A stretch of DNA of 63,567 nt, filler included, from Octopus bimaculoides (taxonomy: Eukaryota), in the NCBI RefSeq assembly GCF_001194135.2. It is 4 parts of 4 records of this genome, joined end to end, with 100 filler letters (N's around TTAATTAATTAA, not from the genome) between each part and the next. Parts side by side here need not be neighbours in the genome. Positions count along the whole stretch, not along the records: positions 1 to 28,925 come from NC_068990.1; positions 29,026 to 54,829 come from NC_068987.1; 2 more parts are not named here. One strand, written 5' to 3'. The position numbers and the translations under genes are program-made. The notes beneath the pieces are model-generated. The model saw nothing but the letters and a program-made list of their open reading frames with translations, was not told the DNA's origin and did not search any database. This document shows positions 22,178 through 35,420 of this stretch, in pieces. Numbering within the stretch: the stretch's first letter is position 1; every line of letters starts with the position of its first letter.

Positions 22178-25100
22178 CCGTATTTGCTGGTATATAAGCC
22201 GCACCCGTGTATAAACCGCCCCCCGATTTTCGATCCCCGACAGGGGAAAAACGTGGGGGAAACCAGGAAATTACTGGGGCTAGTGAAAAGGGAGAAATGC
22301 AGGATGAATGGGATGAATACAAACTTCAAGTTCATGATGATTTCATACTTAACAAACATTTCCGACTGCAATCATTGATATTCATAACTATTAATGGAAG
22401 AAGATAAAGTCCAGGTTTTAAATGCAAAAGATAATAAGAGAACGTCTTTTTATTATGTGTGTTTATATGATTTATTCATACTGTGATCTTTATATTCTTT
22501 CTTGAAAATGTGTGGTCCTAAAAAAGACCGACCCTAATGGGTTGAGACTTCACTCAAAGCCTTATGAATCGTTCGTCGTCAGACGACCCGTTGAAAATCT
22601 CGTAGAGTTGATCGTCTATATATGCCAGTTCATTCTCGTCATCGCTGGAGTCAGAAGAGTTGGGAGAGATGATGTCGTCTTCCCACAAGATGTTATCTTC
22701 TGTGCCGTCGAATGCGTTGGATATGCAGCACTTCAGGAAAGCCCGCTTGATGATACCTTCAGGATCCACTTGTAGATGGTCCCCAAATCGACTTTTTTCG
22801 TACGCCCGGTCTTTCACGTCTCCTTCGGTGCATTGGCCATCCAACCCTCCCAGCGATGCTTGAGACGGTCCTTAAACGGTTTGTTGACTGTAACATCAAA
22901 GGGTTGAAGAAGGGATGTCATTCCCCCAGGGATCATTGCCATGTCAATGTTTAGATGACGTATCTTCGCTTTGGTTTCTTCTGACTTGTGGCATCTGAAT
23001 GCGTCCAGAACCAGGAGACTCCTTTTCTGATGCAGTCCACTGATGCGCCACCCCACACTGCCCGAAGCTAGTCTTCAATGAGTGCCTGGTCCATCCAACC
23101 TTTCGCTTGGGCTCGAACGATGACCCCTTCCGGAAACTTGGCGTTTTTGAGTAGTGTCTTCCTCTTGAAGACGACGTACAATGGAAGCTTTCCCCCGTCA
23201 GCCGTGCAAGCCAGCATCACCGTAAAACGCTCCTTCTCGTGACTCGTCGTGACGATTTTCACTATCTTCTCTCCCTTCTCAGCAACAGTTCTCGCTATCG
23301 GAAGATCGAACATGAGGGGAGTCTGGTGCGTTGCCGATGCGGCTCAGAGGGTATTTATGCCGTTTATGCAGATTGATGTTAATCACTGGAACCGCTCAGT
23401 CTTCTCATCGAGATCTGGCAGCCGCTGTGCAATGTGGGTGCGACGCCTGGTGGACAGATCATGCCTGCGCATAAACCGGAAAGCCCATGATGTGCTGGAA
23501 CAGAAGTCTCTGACACCGATGTCTATGGCGATCTTCCTTGCCTCGATTCGAAGAGTGAATGTCGACAACGCGAGTTTCGCCATCCTCTTCTCCCTCACTC
23601 ATCCGAGAAGCCTCTCCTCCAATTCCAGCCACTGCGCCGTATTGCCCCTCATCGCTTTCTTCTTGGGCATCGACTCGATTGTGGCCTTATTGGAGTGCCA
23701 TCGTCGGACAACAGATTCATTAACCCCGAAGTGATGGCCTACTGCACGATTTCCAAACTCCTCAGCAAGCCTGGAAACTTAGAGCTTGAAGAAAGCTGTG
23801 AATGCTCGTCTCGGCATGATGACTTGGCCGTCGTTGAACTTGAAGAGCGAAGTAGATGAGTTGCATGGAGCTTGAAGAGCGGAGTAGACGAGTCAGTAAA
23901 GCTAATTATGGTCTAAACAATAGGATGTAGCTTGAGAGTTTCCCTTGATCATTTCCATTTTCTTTACGTATTTACGTAGATATATTACAACAAACCAATG
24001 CACTTACCAGTACTTTAAGGTACGGTAATGAAATTCCAGTTGACTTGATTTGTACCCCTCTGTAGCACTGGTAATGGCGATGAAACTTAACTTTCCCAGT
24101 TCAAGATGATTCTGAATAAATGCACTTATCTCCCCTTATATGAAATAATTTTTCATATTCCATTTTAATTTACTTGTTAACTAGTAAATACATTTCATCA
24201 ATCACGTTCAAGAATAAATCACAGCTCTCCCTCTCTCTCGTTTCCCTACGCAGCTAGATAAGTCATACATCCGGATCATCGGCGAGATAAGTCATACATC
24301 CGGGTCATTGAACAATAGTTGTTTACGTCGTAGACTTAGGGATTAACGAACTCGTAGATATTTCGCGGTAAATCAGAGGGTGATTGGAAATTGCGATCAG
24401 CTGTCAATTATAGTGCATTTGTTGGACAAAAGGTAAGTCTTTACAGAAATGATCGCTACTTTTCTACCGGCACACGTCCCTCTTCTACAGGGCTTCAACA
24501 CCATCGGAGCGGAAGCTGCGATTGAGACGACACCGGCGCAGTTTGGCTTGAAATGCGTAATATTATAAAAGCGTGTGACGGACAAAATAGACGATGACAC
24601 TGAAATAAGAATATTTAAAGTCTTTTTTAAACTAGTTTTAACGGCAAGAATTGAAAGGGGAGCTAGTACCACGTGAATCTTGGATAATACATGAAATAGT
24701 GTTCGAGTTTTAGATCGACATTTCCTTGTTAGTTGGCACTCCGTCGCTTACGACGTCGAGGGTTCCAGTTGATCCGATCAACGGAACAGCCTACTCGTGA
24801 AATTAACGTGCAAGTGGCTGAGCACTCCACAGACACGTGTACCTTTAACGTAGTTCTCGGGGATATTCAGCGTGACACAGTGTGACAAGGCTGACCCTTT
24901 GAATTACAGGTACAACAGAAACACGAAGAAAGAGTGAGAGGAAGTTGTGGTGAATGAGTACAGCAGGGTTCGCCACCATCCCTTGCCGGAGCCTCGTGGA
25001 GTTTTAGGTGTTTTCGCTCAATAAACACTCACAACGCCCGGTCTGGGAATCGAAACCGCGATCCTATGACCGCAAGTCCGCTGCCCTAACCACTGGGCCA

Positions 25101-25205
25101 TTGCGCCTCCAACATTTCCTTGTACCTGTGTATAAACCTCCCCCCCCCTTTTCCTGGACTTTCCCGTCGGAAAAAAAAGTACGGTTAATACACCGGCAAA
25201 TACGG
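22178..25205 (-). mobile_element. pogo-superfamily DNA transposon (HTH, CENP-B-type HTH, DDE_1), frameshifted, with a nested SINE
   Basis: TIR CCGTATTTGC(T/C)GGT(A/G)TA at both ends, TA on the right. ORF starts MPRR at 23817; WAFRFMRRHDLS, HEKERFTVMLACTADGGKLP, GWMD, LLVLDAFRCH, IPGGMTSLLQPFDVTVNKPFK. Confidence 0.9.
24730..25111 (-). mobile_element. Full-length tRNA-derived SINE (family B) with 12-bp TSD
   Basis: TSD ACATTTCCTTGT at 24718-24729 and 25112-25123. tRNA-like head GGCGCAATGGCCCAGTGG...GGTTTCGATTCCC. Colinear with 47607-47992. Confidence 0.9.
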
Positions 25206-25504
25206 TAATTACACTGAAAGATTCGAGACAAATGGACTTCTGCTATTGTCACGGGATCTACTAAAAACAGTAGTCAAATACACTTCAGATCACATCTTAC
25301 CGTTTTAAAAGGGTATATAAGCCCATGTAGTGGAGATAGACATACAAACAAAGTGGTCGCGGTTGGAGTCCTTGTGATCGTAGGTCGGTTCAATTGGGGT
25401 TGTCCTGCATTTAAACAAGAACAGCAGCACTGAAAGAATCCCGGCAACTACAACGCATCAAGCTAATAAAATATTCTCTATTTGCCTTCTACACATAATT
25501 GTTG

Positions 25505-25710
25505 GTTTCAAATTTTGGCACAGGGTTAGCAATTTAGGGGAATGTGTTCAGTCGATTATACCGACCCCAGCGTTCAACTGGTGCTTATTTTATCGACTCC
25601 GAAAGGATTAAAAGCATAGTAGCGAGAATTTGAACTCAAAACGTAAAGACGGACGAAATGCCGCTAAGCATTTTATCCGGCGTGCTAAAACTCCTGCCAG
25701 CTCGCCGCCT
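25505..25710 (-). mobile_element. SINE family A copy with the alternative tail (...GTGCCAAAATTTGAAAC)
   Basis: Head and central region match 810-981, but the tail differs and matches the copy at 42520-42730. Confidence 0.75.
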
Positions 25711-26882
25711 TCTCTTATACAAATATTAATATCTGAAGTGACCTACCATTTAATACTAATGACAATTATTACTGTTCTTAATCATAACAATCGCTGGTGG
25801 GCGATAATCGTAAAAATCAATACTTTTCATTAATTGTATGATCTCACCTACCTCCTTTCATGATGTAATGTTCTTAATTTATGATATAGATGGAACATTG
25901 AGCGAAATAGAATAAACGAAAAAGCACTAAAGGAACTGAGTAATAAGATAATCTCTCTCTTTATAGTTCTTCACTGGGATTGTGGGCTTCTCGCACGGAG
26001 GAATTGTTTTTCAACATCTGTTCTTGTTCAGGCAGTGTATATATTAGATTGTATTATTCCACGTGTCCTATTATTATTGTAAATTGCGGTTGGATATGGT
26101 CTGGGGAAGATCTGGCAGGTCAATCAACTGTGTAGAGAAGCTTCCGCGTTGGATAGAATTACATTTATTTGTGCCTCGATATAGAATAAACATCTGTCTA
26201 TATTCAGATCATTTAGAGAAAGTATTATGGGTTAAGTTCGTATTTTTAACATGTTTTTAATAGTAAAATATTTACGTCAGCGTTTAATATTCTGCACCAG
26301 AATAGAGAGAAATAGAAATATAAAATGGGAGAAATAGAAATATAAAAATTAAATCAAATACATGCGGATGCGTAAATACGGACGCTTACAAATACATCTT
26401 AATATACACACAATCATGAAACTACAAACTTAAAGCAAACTGGAGATTAAAAATTCTAGCGTTCGTAGTTTTCCCAAGAGTTGTACTGATGTAAATGAAG
26501 CGATTTTAACTGGAAACTGAAACTAACTTATATAGCTCCGTCATAGATTTATTTTTTGTTTGGTTTGGTTTGACTAAGCTTTGCACAGAAAGAAATATCT
26601 TCTCTACCACCGCCAACTTAGCTGATTAGCATCAATGGAGATCTACCATTGTTCTGCAGATAATTACATTATCACATTTTATTGGAACAGTGGGATACAT
26701 AAAAGGTTATAGAATTTGATCTTGGGTAATCCTAACTTTTTGCATTTATTTTCTGGAGAGTCAGCAACAACAACAGAAGTTCAATAAATTCCTCAAACAA
26801 TCTCCGCTTCTGAAAATCCGATTATAGACGATAGATAGAACAATGATTTTAGATACTTCTCAAGAGACCTAAATTAATTTGC

Positions 26883-26955
26883 ACTAGTAGCATAATTACT
26901 CTATCTAAATAGAGTAATTATTACTCTATTTAGATAGAGTAATTATGCTACTAGT
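26883..26955. repeat. Perfect 73-bp nested palindrome
   Basis: 36-nt arm, a single T, then its exact reverse complement. Each arm itself contains ATTACTCTAT-4nt-ATAGAGTAAT. Confidence 0.95.
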
Positions 26956-27886
26956 ACAACAAACTTAGCATCATTCGTCGGAATTCTGAGTAGTTATATC
27001 TTTCATTATTCATGGTGTGAGCTACTTAATTATATCGGTTAGCACATTAAGTATTACTAGAGAATGATATTAACACCTGTTCGTCTCTACATTCCATCAG
27101 TTCAGAAATTACAACCGAAAAAACTACTCTTCCTATGTTGGTCACTTTACCATATTTATATTGACAAACCAAAAATCAGATCTGCTCATGTCTGATGACT
27201 AGCCGTTGCTTGTTCGTATCCTATGGTCAACTTTGTCCTACATCCCTTCTTCATCTTCGACAATCTTTCCATTGGGTATAGTCTATAACGTAAGAGGTGC
27301 TGTGTATTTCACACTAGCTAATTCACTGTCACCACTAGTTCCCATCTATTGCCAGGTCAGCAGTTTTAATTAAATTTAATATGTATCTGGCCAATGGCTC
27401 TCATGGCTTTTGATCTTAACTGAAGAGAAGTCTTATCATGTGCATGTCTTGGTATAACAGATGGGCTACAGCCAAATATTCTGCTCAATACCACAGATTT
27501 GCTTATAGTTGAGCATGTTCCTTAGTGACTGACGACATGTGCATATCTGATCCCGAGCAGGAGTAGTAGGGGAACATCATAGCAATGTGAGGTTTGAATA
27601 ATTCACCACTGGAAACATGGGTATTTCGTTCAGCATCCTTAAACAAATCTTATTCAGGGACCTTATTAGTAGGATGGGCTACTCGACCTAAAGAAAATTT
27701 TAACAGGGCCCCACCTGCAAGGTCATATGCTGCTTATCTTGATATGAGATTATCATGTCACGTACATATAGTTGTGATACATGTGCCTGGTGTACCCTTA
27801 TCAAACGGGTAGTCATGATGGGTATACTGGGTTTCGTATATTTGTACCCCAGTGTCACTCTGGTGGTATGCGCTGCTCTCTCATTC

Positions 27887-27887
<1 letters not shown>

Positions 27888-27951
<64 letters not shown>
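27888..27951. repeat. (AAT)n microsatellite
   Basis: Pure AAT array immediately 5' of an R4/Dong fragment. Confidence 0.95.
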
Positions 27952-27955
<4 letters not shown>

Positions 27956-28550
27956 ACAGTGGTACACATTGTGACAGAATGCCCAAGTTGGCACAGGAAG
28001 AATATCAGAAATGGAGGCGGGGATTTGAAACTGGAAACACATGGTACAATCATCGAGTCGAAAGAATACTGAAGTTGAAGAAATGTAAGATTTTGTGGGA
28101 TTTTCCTATTCAAATAGACAAGAAATTAGAAAATAATAGACTAGATATGATGACTGTAGATAAGGAAAAGCGAAGTTGGTTACTTATTGACCCATCATGC
28201 CCGTTTGATTCCAGGATCGTAAAGAAAGAAGAAGAAAAATACAATCCTTTAAAGTTTGAAATAGGAAGAATCTAGAGTATGCGAACAGTAAAGGCCGCGC
28301 CTATAATAATTGGTGCGTAAAGGTCGTGCCTACAATAAATTTAACAGGCAACTACCAGCATGGTTAAAAAAGATTGGTACAAGTGTGAAGGTAGAACACC
28401 GGCAAAAATCAGTATTGCTTGGAACTGCAAGAATTCTTCGCAGGTTTCTCGAAGCATGACCAGAAAACAAGTGTCACCCTAGTCTGCTGGCTGTGGACAG
28501 CTGACTCTGTCTATCATATCCAGCAAAATAAGTTGTGAGTTTTCGCCACA
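27952..28550 (+). mobile_element. R4/Dong-like non-LTR retrotransposon 3' fragment (zinc knuckle and RLE)
   Basis: ETVVHIVTECP, KILWDFPIQIDKKLENNRLD, LLIDPSCPFD, EKY...LKFEI, PIIIGA. Ends in TAATAATAAT. Confidence 0.85.
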
Positions 28551-28560
28551 TAATAATAAT

Positions 28561-28925
28561 ACACAAATGAAAGAAAAAATAAAGAAAGAGTACTATAGAC
28601 GAGTTAGATCAATACTAAAAACAGAGCTCAATGCTAAAAACAAGATAATGGGTATCAACACTTTAGCTGTCCCAGTTATAAGCTACAGCTACAACATCCT
28701 TAACTGGACACTAAACGAACTATGTAAAATAGACAGGAAAACAAGAAAAATAATGACAGGATATAGGATGCACCACCCAAAATCTGACATAGAAAGGCTA
28801 TATATACAACGCACAGAAGGTGGCAGGGGTCTTATACAGCTAGAAAACTATTATAAAATAACCACCATAGGACTGCAAAAATACCTACTCCAGAAGCAAG
28901 AGAAACTAATACAAATAGCCACAAA
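28561..28925 (+). mobile_element. R4/Dong-like post-RT fragment
   Basis: KKEYYRRVRSILKTELNAKNKI...INTLAVPVISYS...IDRKTRKIMT...HHPKSDIERLY...GGRGL. Starts directly after a TAA repeat. Confidence 0.85.
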
Positions 28926-29308
28926 NNNNNNNNNNNNNNNNNNNNNNNNNNNNNNNNNNNNNNNNNNNNTTAATTAATTAANNNNNNNNNNNNNNNNNNN
29001 NNNNNNNNNNNNNNNNNNNNNNNNNAGTATATATATATATATACATATACATACATATATACATGCATATATGTGTACAAGAGGTAACCAACAGTTCAAG
29101 ACAACATAAAATACGTAAACAACGAGAAAAAATTCGAGAATTGGACAAGTAATATATGTATGTAGGCATACGTATATCAGTGCATCAGCATGGCCGCAGC
29201 TCTAAGCTGAAACTATAAAAAAAAATACTATTTACTATTCATTATTTAATTGAACGCCACGCATCCATTTCCAAGTAAGTATATATATATATATACATAT
29301 ACATATAC

Positions 29309-29600
29309 TATAGCCTCAGGCCCACCAAAGACTTGTGAGTGGATTTTGTACACGGAAACTCAAAGAAGACTGTCGTATATTTGTGCATATTTGAGTGTGT
29401 GTCTGTGTTTGTACCCCCACCGTCACTTGACAACTGATGTTGTTGTGTTTACGTACTCATAATCTAGCTGTTCGGCAAAGCACATTGATAGAGTAAGCAT
29501 TAGTTTACAATGAATAAATCCTGAGGTCGATTTCTTTGACTAAATGCATTGCTCTATTATGACCGCAGTTACATTACTGAAACAAGTAAAACAATAAAAA
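29309..29600 (+). mobile_element. 5'-truncated CORE-type SINE (family C)
   Basis: Aligns with the reverse complement of 38520-38760 (AAAG(A/C)CTT(G/A)TGAGTGGATTT..., GTTCGGCAAA, GGTCGATTT, CTGAAACAAGTAAAA). Confidence 0.7.
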
Positions 29601-29617
29601 AACTATGCTCTTTCAAT

Positions 29618-29646
29618 CTCGAGCAACGCCGAGTATCTCTGCTAGT
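29618..29646 (+). mobile_element. Isolated Helitron 3' terminus
   Basis: Hairpin CTCGAGCAACGCCGAG, 8 nt, CTAG|T; same geometry as at 3731-3758. Confidence 0.5.
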
Positions 29647-30185
29647 ATAAACTGGAACCCGGGAAGATTTGAACACAGAACTTAAGTAAAGGTCAGAATA
29701 TACTAGCCTTCGTACTTGTTCTGTCAACTCACTGCACTTATTTACACAAAACAAAAAAAAAGCTATATTGAAATACATTATCGATCTGTTTTCATATAGT
29801 CTAGTTTCCATTTATTCGTCTCATGTATAAAAATTATTCTAAAAGTAATTCCAAATAAAACAGTTTTTTCGCGTTTGATTGATAATATGAAAATGAAACG
29901 CAGTTTCGTAGAAACGAATAAATCAATGAAGCACTGGAAATGATTCCCTTTTTTCTCATTAATATTACCTTTCAAATACTTGCTTAGAGCAACCTCTGAT
30001 AATCGAAATCAATACATCAACAGCTTTTGTAGCCAATGTAAAAATTGTGGCTATGGATATTGTTATAGAACATGCTAGTAATGCAATTTTTGCTTCGGTT
30101 CGTTATATTAATTTTGAGTTACTTCATTCCTAGTATTTTGGTAGCACAACGATCAAATGTTATGAAGATGGGAATTGATGAAATT

Positions 30186-30420
<235 letters not shown>

Positions 30421-31260
30421 GCATTCACACACACAAATATTCATATAATATATAACTACATGTATGAATTCATGCATATACGTATGTATATTGAAAGAAG
30501 AGCCACAGTTAATTAGCTTTAATTATCGCCATCTTTAATGTGTGTGTATTTTAATCTATAAATATGCGGCTAACTTATAGGATTAATTATTCACGTAGGT
30601 TGCGCGCGTACGTTATCAATTTCATAGTCGCCACTCATATATGACATAGGGTTGAATCTTTATAGCACGTTCGTTTTTTTTCTTTTTTCTTTTTTTCGTT
30701 TTTCTCTTTTACTGGAACCATGACTAAACAAATAAGCATAGTTTCCGTTCATGCATAATGCTATCATCTAATATCTTCAGCATCTTTGTGTGTTTTGGGG
30801 AAAAAGTACTGATGTCCTCGAATAAATACTGACTCGAGAAAAAAAATAATAATGTGTTTCACGAATTCACTTACAAAAATATTCTACATATTGGTGTTTG
30901 ATGAAGATCCCGATAAAATCTGTTTCGGTTTAGTTTCTCTTTCTGTAGGTGATTTTAAGCGTACAATAATTTATAGTGAGAGAAAAATTACATCTTTGCC
31001 TACGAAATATTATTTTAAGCTAAAAATATCTGAATTGTCACATTGACATAAGTGGTTATAGATAATCTTCATTTCCATGCATTCAGCTTCAGGTAAAAGT
31101 TTGGTATATTAAACTGCCTTTCTAAGCGAAATATTCTTACATCTAAGACACAATAAATTCATAATTTATGAGGCATATAATCTTAAAATATGTAGCATCG
31201 TATGTAATAGTGGATATGATACATGCATGTTCTTCATACAAATTGGTTCCCCGCTCTCTC

Positions 31261-31326
<66 letters not shown>

Positions 31327-32282
31327 TCTTTAACTCCCTCTTTCTCTATACACACGAACATATGCACGCACACAGCTGGGCTCCTCTTATAGCAATTGTT
31401 TACCCTGAGGAATTGGCCCCTCGTAAAGACATTGGACATCTGACCGCAACTAGTTGTTTTCTATACCAGGAATCTCTGGAACTCATCTGTTGATTATGTG
31501 TGTGTGTATGTGTGCGTGTGTGTGTGCGTGTGTGTGTGTGTGTGTGNNNNNNNNNNNNNNNNNNNNNNNNNNNNNNNNNNNNNNNNNNNNNNNNNNNNNN
31601 NNNNNNNNNNNNNNNNNNNNNNNNNNNNNNNNNNNNNNNNNNNNNNATTAGTATAATTATACCTAAAATCTCAAAGAAGTTAAGGAGATAGACAAACAAC
31701 ATGTTGCCTCGACTACAACTGTTGGTAAATAAATTGTCAAGAAGACGTATATGACCGGTTCGCGGAGCACCTCTGTGATATTAGACTCGGCAACGACATT
31801 AGGTTCGGCAACGATTCCAAAATTTAAAAACGCAATAAATTCCAAAATTTAAAAACAAAGCGGCGGGAACTTTGTTGCCAACCCAATAATTTATGTCTTT
31901 TGGAAAAATTCTATATTTTATTCCAGGACAGTAGCGCTTTGAATTAAAGATGCGAACTCTTGAATTCCTGCAGACACGCAACAAAATTTGAAATGTCAGC
32001 TGACAAAATACCATATAGATAGTATATATTTTTTGAATCTTGAACTAGTTTTCAATCCCACTGTTGAATTTGTAGTTTTTAATGCATGGTTATTTAGCAT
32101 CGCAAAGATATTGTATATATTTCGATTTATTTCTTAAAACCTTCCACTGTTAAATATATATATTATTTTCATGTTTAAGATTTTATTTTTTATTTCATTT
32201 CATTGTATTTTACAAACCCACTTAATCGTTATACTTATAAATAATTCGATATATGTTGTTCCATTTTGTATGTCTTTTATCC

Positions 32283-32337
<55 letters not shown>

Positions 32338-32598
32338 CACTCAGAATTTTTTTAAATGTTGTTTGGACCTAGATATGTTTTTATGTAGATGTGTGTATTG
32401 TAGGTATGCATATGTATTTGTATGTGTGCGTCTGTGTATATGTGTAAGTAATAGTGTATGCTTATACATACATGGATATATATGTATACATGTATACACT
32501 TATATTTGTGTGGATATGTATTTACGTGCATATTTCCATATATTTATATACATGATCTTATATGTGCATTTGTATGCTAATATATACTTATGTGTGTC

Positions 32599-32642
<44 letters not shown>

Positions 32643-32946
32643 AAAATATGTGACACTTATTCGGTAGCCATGATAAAACTCCGAGTTTTGGATGCTGGGG
32701 TGNNNNNNNNNNNNNNNNNNNNNNNNNNNNNNNNNNNNNNNNNNNNNNNNNNNNNNNNNNNNNNNNNNNNNNNNNNNNNNNNNNNNNNNNNNNNNNNNNN
32801 NNNNNNNNNNNNNNNNNNNNNNNNNNNNNNNNNNNNNNNNNNNNNNNNNNNNNNNNNNNNNNNNNNNNNNNNNNNNNNNNNNNNNNNNNNNNNNNNNNNN
32901 NNNNNNNNNNNNNNNNNNNNNNNNNNNNNNNNNNCTTATGTGTGTC

Positions 32947-32990
<44 letters not shown>

Positions 32991-34159
32991 AAAATATGTG
33001 ACACTTATTCGGTAGCCATGATAAAACTCCGAGTTTTGGATGCTGGGGTGGGAGCCCACACCAATATCTCTTCAGTTATCCGGCCATTGAAAATTCCTGT
33101 GAAAAATGACCGTTAAACAAAGAGAAATTACTGTGTGGTGACCGTCATTAAGACAAAAGAGCTAATATACCGCTAAGTAAGGTAAAGGTAAGGGAGTAGA
33201 GAAGTCTAAAATTACCCTCACTTTAAACACACACATGCTCACCCACATACTCCCCAAAAACTGTACATGTATGCAAACACACACATGCTCACCCGCATAC
33301 TCGCCTAAGACTATACATATATGTACATATGCATATATATACACGCGTACACATCCACACTGACACGCACACAACAATCCCGCTCCCATACACACGCACG
33401 CAAAAAAAATTTATATAGGGCTGAAAGCAAGAAACAGTGTGGGAAAGCTATAAGGTTAAAACGCGTCTAAACTGCGCATATTTTCGCATGCACGCACATA
33501 TATCTATATACGCACGTACCCGCACACAAGCACACACTCACAAGCGCGCACATAAGGTTCCATGTACGTGTCTATAAACGCACAGGAAAAAAACAGGGTG
33601 GAGGGGAGTAAACAGAAAAATATATGTGGAAAAAATACAAAAACATTAACTCTATAATTATGTAAAAAATATAAAAATAAAAAATATATAAAAAATATAT
33701 AAAAATATAAAATCCAAGTAAAAATATAGAAGGGTAAAAAGCTTATACATAGACACAATATAGAAAGCAAATCCTATCAGTACAGTCCTATCAGCAAGTC
33801 CTATCAGTAAAAATATTAAAAAATATATAAGAAATCTAAGTAAAAAGTATAGAGATAAAAAGCTTATACATAGACTCAAAAATAGAAAGCACGTCCTATC
33901 AGTAAACTCAGGGGGACCAAAAACGTAGTAAATATTTGGCCACATGTGGACATGATCCGAAAAGTTAAGTCTTTGAATTTAGACATGTGGTGGGATCTAA
34001 GCTGCTTTTCCAGATGCGCCATCTTTCCTTATCACATAGACCGCACCTTCCACTGCCGCTGGTGTAAGGTTTACACTTGGCTAGGATCTTCCAATGGATG
34101 TTGTAACTGACACCTTTATCTATTAAAGACCATATATGACTGGATAATTTGGTCGACCA

Positions 34160-34210
<51 letters not shown>

Positions 34211-34237
34211 NNNNNNNNNNNNNNNNNNNNNNNNNNA

Positions 34238-35035
34238 TTAATTGCAAAGACAAAAGCACATGAAAAATTAGCTAGCAGATGGGAACAGAAACTTCTGCAT
34301 GGCAAGTATGTAGCCCGTAGCAAACAAGCTGATGCCGACCAGAAACACACGCATCAATGGTTACGAAGTTCAGGGCTAAAAGCAGAGAGTGAGGGTTTCA
34401 TATTAGCTGCTCAAGACCAAAGCTTATTAACCCGGAACTACCAAGCCAATGTGATAAAAAATGGAGCTGACCCAAAATGCCGATTCTGTAACGATGCGAT
34501 TGAAACTATAGACCACCGAATCTCAGGGTGTAAAGTCTTAGCACTTGTAGAATATAAAGCAAGACATGACAGAGTCGGCCAGTATTTACACTGGACAATA
34601 TGTCGGCATTATAAAATCAAAACCGCTGACAAATGGTATAAACACCATCCAGAAGCTGTGACTGAGGGAGAAAATGTATCGATTCTCTGGGACTTCCCTG
34701 TACATACCGACAAGGCTATAAAAGCTAATAAACCGGATATTATTATAGAAGATGAGACAAAGAAGTGTTTATTAATTGATATGAGTATTCCTTGCGATCA
34801 TGATATAGCGGCGAAAGAATTTGACAAGATAGTAAATATAAAGGCTTGCTAATAGAAATGTGGAACCTCAAGGCGACTACTGTACCAGTGATTGTAGGAT
34901 CTCTAGGAATGGTAAAAAAAGGTACTGAAACCTATTTGAAAATAATACCAGGCTTACCATCCCTACGGGAAGTGCAAAAAAGTCGTGTTAACTAGAACGA
35001 GTCATGTACTGCGAAGAGCATTATCGCTGTGAAAA
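34238..35035 (+). mobile_element. R4/Dong-like non-LTR retrotransposon 3' fragment
   Basis: LHGKY...WLRSSGLKAESEGFILAAQDQSLLTRNY...CRFC...ETIDHRISGC...RHDRV...ILWDFPVHTD...NKPDIII...IDMSIP. Follows the (AAT)n at 34161-34210 across a short gap. Confidence 0.9.
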
Positions 35036-35204
35036 CAACATCCATTAATGAATTTATTTTTTTATTACTTTTTTTACATACATATGTTACCTGTGAATTT
35101 GCGTGTGTAAACTGGTAATGCATATAATGAGCTTCTCTGCCCTAGGTGTACGGAAAACACTCGGCAAGAAATGAAAGAAAATTTGAAGAAAGAAGAAGAA
35201 AAAA

Positions 35205-35208
35205 CAAC

Positions 35209-35303
<95 letters not shown>

Positions 35304-35343
35304 AAGAAGAAGAAGAAGAAGAAGAAGAAGAAGAATAGTAATG

Positions 35344-35418
<75 letters not shown>

Positions 35419-35420
35419 GT
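35205..35420. repeat. Compound (AAT)n-(AAG)n-(AAT)n microsatellite
   Basis: Visible directly. Confidence 0.95.

Noticed and set aside
28970-28981. TTAATTAATTAA isolated between N runs (also at about 54874 and 59463)
   Set aside because: An identical six-frame-stop 12-mer embedded in Ns three times is an assembly linker, not biology.
31730-31830. DRFAEHL peptide resembling a Penelope endonuclease
   Set aside because: Too short and degenerate to call.
32575-33050. About 125-bp exact direct repeat either side of a gap
   Set aside because: Most likely an unmerged contig overlap.
33720-33910. Repeated TCCTATCAG and GAAAGCACGTC resembling half a hammerhead
   Set aside because: No CUGANGA upstream and stem III does not pair; just a ~120-bp tandem duplication in AT-rich sequence.
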